A stretch of DNA of 8,215 bases from Octopus sinensis. Lineage: Eukaryota. Where the stretch lies: assembly GCF_006345805.1 (NCBI RefSeq), contig NW_021828443.1:1-8215 (forward strand), read 5' to 3'. Every line of letters begins with the position of its first letter. Position 1 is the stretch's first letter. The notes beneath the pieces are model-generated. The model worked only from the letters and a program-made list of their open reading frames with translations, had not been told where the DNA came from and ran no database searches. Positions 1-7,364 of this stretch are shown piece after piece. Position numbers and translations under genes: made by a program.

Positions 1-123
1 CGTAGGCTCGAAAACGTAAAAGACTTGTTCTATTTCTATTCCTGAGCGCCATACTATTATACAATTGTTTGTTTGTACTCCACCTGCCTTCATCTTTTGT
101 TTATTTTCGTATACCCTTCCCGT
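1..123 (+). mobile_element. Partial copy (5' end cut by window edge) of a short interspersed repeat with a hammerhead-like motif, probably the terminus of a Penelope-like element
   Basis: Aligns by eye at roughly 80-85% to the reverse complement of 7512-7627 (CGTAGGCTCGAAA(A)CGTAAAAGAC...TTCCTGAGCGC...TTGTTTGTTTGTACTCCACC...TCTTTTGTTTATTT). Both copies run into (TA)n at their 3' end. Confidence 0.7.
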
Positions 124-192
124 TATATATATATATAGATATATATATATATATATATATAAGATATATATAGATATATATATATATATATA
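124..192. repeat. (TA)n microsatellite, slightly interrupted
   Basis: Read directly. Confidence 0.98.
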
Positions 193-496
193 GGGGGATC
201 CCAGTAAAACCCAGACTTAAAAAGCAAACAACGCAGGCAAAAGAGAAAGAAATGACGACGATCATTCTATAATTAAGCACCTACGGCGTACGTTTCGGAA
301 TTAAGTCATAGCAGAGCATAAAGATTAATAATTATGTCTTACCTAACTATTTCCTCTTCAGCGTAGGACTCTTCAATTATAAATAATTGCGTCTCAATTA
401 TTAATAATTGTGTATAAATTTGAAGGCACTAGAAGACATCACCTCAACTCATGGTATCAGAGCGAGCGTAAGCCATTACCAGTACCACAAATTAAA
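193..496 (-). mobile_element. ~300-bp non-microsatellite island between two (TA)n tracts containing a hammerhead motif; likely Penelope-like terminal repeat or non-autonomous derivative
   Basis: Bounded by (TA)n on both sides. Contains CTGAAGA...GAAACGTA on the minus strand. Family assignment is inferred from that motif only. Confidence 0.5.
280..367 (-). ncRNA. Type I hammerhead ribozyme-like motif
   Basis: Minus strand reads CCUACG-CUGAAGA-GGAA-[50 nt]-UUCC-GAAA-CGUA-CGC-CGUAGG. This gives a canonical CUGANGA and GAAA core, a 4-bp helix II base (354-351/300-297), complementary helix I strands CCUACG/CGUAGG (367-362/285-280) and a palindromic ACGU helix III with a GUA triplet. Confidence 0.7.
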
Positions 497-546
<50 letters not shown>

Positions 547-580
547 TACCTGTATATATATATATATATATTATATTAAT

Positions 581-613
<33 letters not shown>

Positions 614-639
614 GTATTAATATATATTATGTATATATG
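497..639. repeat. Degenerate (TA)n microsatellite
   Basis: Read directly. The 410..592 ORF is its translation. Confidence 0.97.
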
Positions 640-849
640 TTTTGCGTGTATTTGTCCCTCCATCGCTTGATAACCAGGTTTGGTTTATTTACGTCTTCAT
701 AAAATGGTGGTTCTGTAAAAAATGTCTGATCGAATAAGTAACCACACAGAAAGCAAGAATTTGTGCTTCGACTTATTCAGCAAAATATCTACCAGACGAT
801 GTTCCCGCATGGCCGCACTACAATCACTGGAACAAGATAAAAAATTAAG
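640..849 (+). mobile_element. Degenerate 3' half of an octopus-type SINE
   Basis: TTTGTCCCTCCATCGCTTGATAACC...TTTACGTC...GAATAAGTA...GCATGGCCGCA...ACAAGATAAAAA resembles the 3' part of an abundant Octopus SINE as I recall it; not verified by search. Confidence 0.55.
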
Positions 850-1049
850 TATACGCTGAAATGTTAATCTTAGCTTCTTAGAGTAGGTCTTCTGCTTTTC
901 GTTTATCCATGGCTCATTTTTGGAGATTCTGTGTATTATTCTTTTCAAAACTATCTCTTGGCTGTCTATTAGATTTTCCTGTACAATATTAGGCCAGCAG
1001 TTGTAGTAGCTGGGGGTTGCTTTCGTACGACAACAAATTAATTAATAGT

Positions 1050-1157
1050 CTTACTGATAAACGGGAATGTTAAGAGAGGCGGGAATAAAGCGTCTCCTTG
1101 GGAAATCCATCTTCATAATGAGATTATGTATTTTGTTTCGTTTCCTCCTTTGGCAGT
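1050..1157 (-). pseudogene. Old reverse-transcriptase fragment (QGD motif region) of a non-LTR element
   Basis: Minus strand translates TAKGGNETKYIISL*RWISQGDALFPPLLTF (QGD at 1100-1092), similar to RRGIFQGDTLSPLLF. It also shows patchy nucleotide similarity to 3055-3130 of the LINE in this window. Confidence 0.45.
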
Positions 1158-1160
1158 TTT

Positions 1161-1190
1161 ATCATCATCATCACCGTCATCACCACCACC

Positions 1191-1242
<52 letters not shown>

Positions 1243-1411
1243 CCACCACCACCATCATCATCATCACCATCACCACCACCACCACCACCACCATCATCAT
1301 CATTATCATCATCATCATCATCACCATCATCATCACCATCATCATCACCATCCTCATCACCATCATCATCATCATCATCATCATCATCACCACCATCATC
1401 ACCATCACCAC

Positions 1412-1452
<41 letters not shown>

Positions 1453-1571
1453 CCACCATCACCATAACCATCATCATCATCATCATCATCATCATCACCA
1501 CCACCATCATCATCATCATCATCATCATCACCACCACCATCATCATCATCATCATCACAATCACCATCACC

Positions 1572-1609
<38 letters not shown>

Positions 1610-1650
1610 CATCATCATCATCATCATTATTATTATTATTATTATTATTA

Positions 1651-1687
<37 letters not shown>

Positions 1688-1691
1688 GTAG

Positions 1692-1773
<82 letters not shown>

Positions 1774-1804
1774 TGTAGTTGTTGTAGTTATTATTATTAT
1801 TATT
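1161..1804. repeat. Compound trinucleotide array: (CAT/CAC)n, (GAT)12, (CAT)6, (TAT)8, then (AAT)/(ATT)/GTA-GTT blocks
   Basis: Read directly. Single 3-nt phase throughout. Confidence 0.98.
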
Positions 1805-2010
1805 TTCTCCTGTCTTATAATATAATAAATACTTTCCATTTTGTCCTTTCATGGTTGATATATCGTCTCTAATTTTCGCGATACGTCTTTGTTCGTCGAC
1901 AGTGCCTCCAATATACGAGATTGCGTCGGGAGGAGGTGGGCAATCATTCGAAAAAATGATTAAATTTTTGATTATTTATCTTGCTATTTGCTTGCTTCCT
2001 CAGACTGCTG

Positions 2011-2034
2011 TTTTTTTTTTTTTTTTTTTTTTTT
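2011..2034. repeat. Poly-T run (24 nt)
   Basis: Read directly. Confidence 0.97.
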
Positions 2035-2209
2035 GGTTTTGCAGTACTTGTTTCGTTCTTCCAACCAATAAACGCAGCTTCGCATTTTATGAATCGAGTT
2101 GATATGCTGTAAGCTATTGATTTACAACATGGCCGCCGCACTATCCAGTGCCACAAAAATTTCCATGAGGAGACAACTAATAAAATCAGTCTCAGTATAG
2201 AAAGCTGGA

Positions 2210-2312
2210 ATTTCGATTGCGACACCCCAATACGTGACTGCTACGCTATTTCGTCGACTTCTGTGTGGAGGAATGGTACAGTTGATATCGGTGGGATTTG
2301 AACTCAGAGTTT
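2210..2312 (-). mobile_element. Diverged, truncated SINE copy of the same family as 6330-6565
   Basis: Aligns by eye (roughly two-thirds identity) to the reverse complement of ~6400-6497: TCGATT..ACCCCA..GT(G/A)ACTG.TAC..ATTT..TCGAC...TCGG.GG.ATTTG. Carries a B-box-like GAGTTCAAATCC on the minus strand. Confidence 0.65.
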
Positions 2313-2314
2313 AG

Positions 2315-2481
2315 GGATGACTGTCGGCATAAGAAGGTCGCTGTGCAACCACATACTTTCGGGTTCAGTCCCACGAAGCAACACACCGGGCAAGTGTCTT
2401 CTAATACTGCCTGGAGACGACCAATGTCTTGTGAGCGAATTTGTTAAACGGAAACTGTTTGACTGCATGGAAGTCCGTCCC
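2315..2481 (+). mobile_element. Degenerate 5' half of a tRNA-head SINE (second family)
   Basis: B-box-like GGTTCAGTCCC, followed by GGGCAAGTGTCTTCTA...GACCAA..CTTGTGAG.G.ATTTG...ACGGAAACTG, typical of an abundant Octopus SINE (recalled), then a microsatellite. Confidence 0.7.
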
Positions 2482-2484
2482 ATG

Positions 2485-2518
<34 letters not shown>

Positions 2519-2572
2519 TGTATGTATGTATGTATGTATGTATGCATGTATATATATATATATATATATATA
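2482..2572. repeat. (TATG)n followed by (TA)n
   Basis: Read directly. Confidence 0.97.
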
Positions 2573-2662
2573 CTTTATTTAAAAGCATCAGATATTCAAC
2601 AAAACCTGTTACTCTGAGTTTCACGTTCCCGTTCGTCGGACAGTTTTTGTTAAAAAAGAAAT

Positions 2663-2729
2663 CATACCCAAGGCACACAGAGCTGCACTCGGTAGTGAAA
2701 TGAAAACACATCATAAGAATAAAACTACC

Positions 2730-2730
<1 letters not shown>
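2663..2730 (+). mobile_element. ~68-bp 3'-terminal stub of the same LINE family
   Basis: Near-identical to 4799-4866 (CATACCCAAGGCACACAGAGCTGC(A/G)CTCGGTAGTGAA...AATAAAACTAC(C/T)G) and followed by the same (AAT)n tail. Confidence 0.92.

Positions 2731-2785
<55 letters not shown>
2731..2785. repeat. (AAT)18 tract: tail of the stub and probable target site of the long copy
   Basis: Read directly. Confidence 0.97.
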
Positions 2786-2787
<2 letters not shown>

Positions 2788-4769
2788 CAAACTGTTCCCA
2801 GAAGAGCAGAAAGGATGCCGCAAGGGCTCATATGGCTGTAAAGATCAACTAATGATTAATAAAGCCGTAACTGAAGACAGCCACAGAAAGAAGAAAGGCC
2901 TCAGTATGGCCTGGATTGACTACAAAAAGGCGTTTGATAGCATCCCCCACACATGGATCCTCGAAACACTAGCCATTAACAAAGTAGCACCAACAATCAT
3001 AAAATTCATAGAGCACTCTATGAATAAATGGCAAACAGTCCTACACCTCCAAACAAAAGAGGGACTCATGAAAACCAAAGACATCCCCATTAGAAGAGAA
3101 TATTCCAGGGAGACACGCTCTCCACTCCTTTTCTGCTTGGCACTGTCACCTCTATCTGATATGCTAAATAGAACTGGATGCGGATATAAATGTTACGGCA
3201 AAACGATCAGCCACCTTTTATATATGGATGACCTAAAACTATACGCTGCAAATGACAAACAGCTGGAAAACTATTAAAGACAGTTCATGAGATTTACCAA
3301 AATAGATATGAAATTTGGATTAGAAAAATGCGCCAAAGTAACCCTGAAAAGAGGAAAACTAGTTAAGAGTAACAACATCACACTAGATAAACCAATGAAA
3401 TAAAAGAATTAGACCAAAGCCAACTTACAAATACTTAGGAATCCATGAACTAGATAAGACCAACACACACAAATGAAAGAGAAAATAAAAAAAAATATTA
3501 TAGACGAGTTAGATCAATACTAAAAACAGAGCTCAATGCTAAAAACAAGATAATAGGTATCAACACTTTAGCTGTCCCAGTTATAAGTTACAGCTACAAT
3601 ATCCTTAACTGGACACGAAATGAACTGTCCAAAATAGATAGGAAAACAAGAAAAATACTGACAGGATCTAGGATGCATCACCCAAAATCTGACATAGAAA
3701 GACTATATATACAACGTATAGAAGGTGGTAGAGGCCCTTATACAGCTGGAAAACTACTATAAAATAACCACCATAGGACTGCAAAAATACCTACTTCAGA
3801 AGGAGGAAAACTGATCCAGATAGCAGCCAAACACGAGCAAAACAAAAAACTGTTCTCAGTATTTAAGGAAGCTGACAAATACAAACAAGAAATCATACCA
3901 CCTAATAAACACAAAGAAGAAGAAGAAGATGATGAAGAAACAACAAAGCTATAAAACAAATGAAATCCAAACTAAAATAGAACAGCAACGAGCCATGATA
4001 AAACGATGGCAAGAAAAGCCCCTTCATGGTAAATACTGCACTAAACTAAACGCAAAAAGAAATAGACAAAGAAAAATCCCAGCAATGGTTGAGAAGCTCA
4101 GGACTCAAAGCAGAAACAGAGGGATTTTAATTGCAGCACAAGACCAAAGCCTCCCCACCAGAAATTACCAAAAACATGTAATGAAAAGAAATATTACAAG
4201 TAACTGCAGAATATGTGGAGATGGACAAGAAACAATAAATCATATTATCTCTAGCTGCCCAGTCCTGGCTAGAAGGAATTATTCACAGACATGACAGAGT
4301 TGGAACCTACATACATTGGAAGCTATGCCAACATTATGGAATAACAACAGAAAAAGATGGTATAGGCACACACCAGAAAAGGTCACAGAAAACGAGAAGC
4401 AACCATACTCTGGGATATGCCGATACACACAGATAGAGAAATTAAGGCCAACAGACCAGATATAGTTGTCAGAGATCATGAAAAAAAAAAATGCTTTCTA
4501 ATTGATGTATCAATACCGGCAGATGACAACGTGTCTCTAAAGGAAATGGAGAAACTCTCAAAATACAAAGACCTGGAAATAGAGGTAACTAGAATGTGGA
4601 ACCTGAAAACAGAAACAATTCCTATCATAGTAGTGCATTAGGCATGATAAAAAAATATTCAGACAAATACATAACAAAAACACCAAGACTTACAAACACA
4701 TATAACGTACATAAAATTGCACTACTAGGCACTGCACACATCCTACGCAGAACACTTTCCATACAATAA
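2786..4769 (+). pseudogene. Frameshifted RT plus restriction-like endonuclease ORF
   Basis: NKLFPEEQKGCRKGSYGCKDQL from 2786; WIDYKKAFDSIPH; IFQGDTL in a shifted frame (3100-3120); YMDD (3221-3232); KYLG; EGGRG; CRIC...H...C (4205-4258); RHD (4287-4295); RPD (4453-4461), IDV, KYKDL; ends RRTLSIQ-TAA (4767-4769). Confidence 0.93.
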
Positions 4770-4863
4770 CCATCAGAGCATCACAACAAATCACAGCACA
4801 TACCCAAGGCACACAGAGCTGCGCTCGGTAGTGAAGTGAAAGCACGCTATAAAAATAAAACTA

Positions 4864-4866
<3 letters not shown>
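2786..4866 (+). mobile_element. 5'-truncated R4/Dong-like non-LTR retrotransposon (RLE type)
   Basis: Domain order RT, CCHC, RHD, PD-(D/E)xK endonuclease in a single ORF; ~97-nt 3' UTR; (AAT)n on both flanks. R4-clade Dong elements are known to target TAA repeats. Confidence 0.88.

Positions 4867-4919
<53 letters not shown>
4867..4919. repeat. (AAT)17 tail
   Basis: Read directly. Confidence 0.97.
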
Positions 4920-5361
4920 GTTGAGTGAAAAAGTAATAAGTTAAGTAAATAATAATGTTTTGTGTCTGGTCGCCCGAAATCAATCTAAATTAGAGGTGGT
5001 TATTGATTGGTCAGTTTGTATGGTTTACCTATACTGGTAAATTGCAGGCGGTCTCTGATTGGCCAATTTGTATAGCTTGCCCAAACTGCAAATACTATGC
5101 CTTGTCATCATCACTTCTCTAGAGAGTACGAACGAACTTTCAAGTACAATGAACAAATTCCAATAATTGAAATCAATCAGTGATCGATCTGTGAAGAGGA
5201 CTTCAGTTTTAATTGTCTTCACTGGGATAGCGTGATCACATCGGTTGTGGTGCCAGTGGAGGTAGTGGTGGTAATGGAAGTGGCGGTGGAGGTGGTGATG
5301 GTAATGGTATAATGATGGTGGTGGTGGTGGTGGTGGCTATGATGGTCGCGTTGTTGGTAGT

Positions 5362-5473
5362 GGAGGTATGGTGGTGGAGGTATGGTGGTGGAGGTATGGT
5401 GGTGGAGGTATGGTGGTGGAGGTATAGTGGTGGAGGTATGGTGGTGGAGGTATGGTGGTGGAGGTATGGTGGT
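5362..5473. repeat. 14-bp minisatellite GGAGGTATGGTGGT x8 (one variant unit)
   Basis: Units start at 5362, 5376, 5390, 5404, 5418 (variant TATAGT), 5432, 5446 and 5460. Confidence 0.95.
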
Positions 5474-5951
5474 GGGAGATGTGTTTGTGGTAAGCAGTGG
5501 TGATGATGGTGAAGGTAGTGATAGTGGTGGTGGTGATACTGATTGTGCTGTTGCAGTTGTGGTGACTGTGTTGTGGTGGTAGTACAGGTAGTGTAGTGGT
5601 CGTTGTGGTGAAGGTCATTGGGCTTGTTGCGGAGGTGGTGGTGCGGGCGATTTAAATTGCTACGGGGTGGTGGTTGTTGTGGTGCTTGTGGCAGTGTTGG
5701 CCGTACTGGTGGTGGAGGTGGTAGTGGTGGTGATTGTGCTTGTTCCAGTTGTTGTAGTAATGGTTGTAGTAATGTTTGTTGTGGTGGTGATGGTCGTCAT
5801 GGTGTTTGTGGCGGTGATGGTGGTGGTATAGGTGGTAGTAGTGGTGGGGGCCGCTATTCGTGGTGGTGATGGTGGTGGTGAGTTTAATCGCGGTAATGAT
5901 GGTGGTGGTCTGGGTGGTGGCGATAATGGTAGTGGAGGTGGTAGTGGTGGT

Positions 5952-6080
5952 GGTGGTGATGATGGTGGAGGTGGTAGTGGTGGTGGAGTTGGTAGTTGTA
6001 GTGGTGGTGATGATGGTGGAGGTGGTAGTGGTGGTGGAGTTGGTAGTTGTGGTGGTGGTGATGATGGTGGAGGTGGTAGT
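5952..6080. repeat. 51-bp tandem repeat, about 2.5 copies
   Basis: Units start at 5952, 6003 and 6054 (GGTGGTGATGATGGTGGAGGTGGTAGT...). Confidence 0.92.
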
Positions 6081-6329
6081 GATAGTTGTGGTAGTAGCTG
6101 GTATTGCATGTGAGGTATGGCAATGTTGCTCCTATTGCTACAAATGTTCATTGTGTTGTTATTGAGGTACCAGCAGCAAGGAGGGAGGAAGCATTGGCGG
6201 TGGCGGTGGCGGTGGTGGCAGTAATATTGTTGATGTTACTGTTGGTGTTGGCGCCGTTTGTGGCGATGGTTAAGGTGCTTGTGGAGATGGTGGTTGTTGT
6301 AGTAATGGTTAATGGTATTGAGGATGCGG

Positions 6330-6565
6330 AAAGGCGGCGAGCTGGCAGAACCGTTAGCACGTCGGGCGAAATGCTTAGCGGTATTTCGTCTGCCGTTACG
6401 TTGTGAGACAAATTCCGCCGAGGTCGACTTTGCCTTTCATCCTTTCGGGGTCGATAAATTAAGTACCAGTTACTCACTGGGGTCGATGTAATCGATTTAA
6501 TACCTAAGTCTGTCCTTGTTTCTCCCCTCTATATGTTTAGCCCCTTGTGAGCAATAAAAAAATAA
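6330..6565 (+). mobile_element. Full-length tRNA-head SINE with 15-bp target-site duplication
   Basis: TSD GTATTGAGGATGCGG at 6315-6329 and 6566-6580. Head GGCGGCGAGCTGGCAGAA..GTTAGC; B-box remnant before AAATTCCGCCGAGGTCGAC; central GCCTTTCATCCTTTCGGGGTCGATAAATTAAGTACCAG; A-rich end AATAAAAAAATAA. Confidence 0.92.
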
Positions 6566-6620
6566 GTATTGAGGATGCGGGTGGTGTTGCTTGGCGCTGG
6601 TAGAGGTGTTTGTTGTATCG

Positions 6621-6683
<63 letters not shown>
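6621..6683. repeat. (TAC)10(TAG)11 fold-back microsatellite
   Basis: Read directly. Palindrome centred on CTAG at 6650-6653. Confidence 0.97.
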
Positions 6684-6684
<1 letters not shown>

Positions 6685-7177
6685 TGAATGCGTGCGTTGG
6701 TTTTATCTGTCTGTAAAGGTATTCCTTTACAGAAAGACATTGAGCTTTTTCTTACGCACAAGCTTACTGGGTGTGTTATCAACACAATTGGTGAGTCCCG
6801 CGTAATTCCCCTCGATAGCATCTGCTTGTTCTAAACGTTACCATCTTAGAAACACTGGATCCTCTAACTGGGATGTCTGAGGGGGGTTTTTGCAGTCACT
6901 AACCATCTGAAGGATCGGGGATAAGTAGGTGTATGCCTGATACTGTGAGGTGAAATCTGAGCAACGGTGCTATCCCATAAAAAGTATTGATATTCAGGAA
7001 TTTGTATTTATAGGTGGTTTGAAAATATCATCTTAAGGGGGGGGGCGAAGAGCCTGACGAACGCTGAACTCTGACGAATGCTGTGAAAGACGATGATGGT
7101 GAAAAGCTGGATTGAACCAAATTCTAAATATGTCCCTGGTGTTGGTATTGCTTGTTTGTTAGCAACGTGCATGGAAA

Positions 7178-7259
7178 TGTGCGTGCTTGTGTGTATGAGA
7201 GTCTGTTTGTGTGCGTGTATGTGTGTATTTGTGCTAAATGTGTGTGTGTGTGTGTGTGT
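7178..7259. repeat. Degenerate (TG)n
   Basis: Read directly. Confidence 0.92.
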
Positions 7260-7364
7260 ACACCAAATTTCGCCAGAAGTAACACGAGCTGTGGTAAACT
7301 CTGACTAGTGACGCAGTAAGGAGCTTGTGTATTAAGAACTAATTCTCTTCAGTCTGTGAATGGT

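Larger units (their letters stand above)
5250..6320. repeat. Degenerate GGT/GTG/GTA low-complexity region
   Basis: Read directly. Source of the poly-V/G/T/P ORFs. Confidence 0.92.

Noticed and set aside
697-948. 83-aa minus-strand ORF
   Set aside because: It overlaps a degenerate SINE on the opposite strand and has no recognisable motif.
1067-1852. Long poly-His/Asp/Asn/Ile and poly-Met/Val ORFs (252 aa, 242 aa, 113 aa)
   Set aside because: They are translations of a stop-free trinucleotide array on both strands, with no recognisable domain.
2035-2113. Poly-T plus TTTTGCAG acceptor and a GTAAG donor defining a possible 64-nt exon (LVSFFQPINAASHFMNRVDM)
   Set aside because: The peptide is unrecognised and such signals arise easily next to a poly-T run. 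It cannot be supported without RNA data.
3738-4479. Minus-strand ORFs 3738..3959 and 4279..4479
   Set aside because: Antisense shadows of the A-rich LINE coding strand.
5097-5183. 28-aa ORF MPCHHHFSREYERTFKYNEQIPIIEINQ downstream of the CCAAT cluster
   Set aside because: Short, with no recognisable homology; expected by chance.
5362-5473. Regularly spaced repeats suggesting a CRISPR array
   Set aside because: Head-to-tail 14-bp units without unique spacers, in a eukaryotic context.
6330-6420. tRNA-like sequence (also 2315-2372)
   Set aside because: These are SINE heads with no complete cloverleaf, continuous with SINE body sequence.
5312-6477. Gly-, Pro-, Val- and Thr-rich ORFs resembling glycine-rich, extensin or mucin proteins
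   Set aside because: Several frames on both strands are open simply because GGT/GTG repeats lack stops; there is no splice or domain support.
7054-7095. Two CTGACGA motifs followed by GAAA (hammerhead-like)
   Set aside because: No G-C closed helix II, no helix III with an NUH triplet and no complementary helix I arm.
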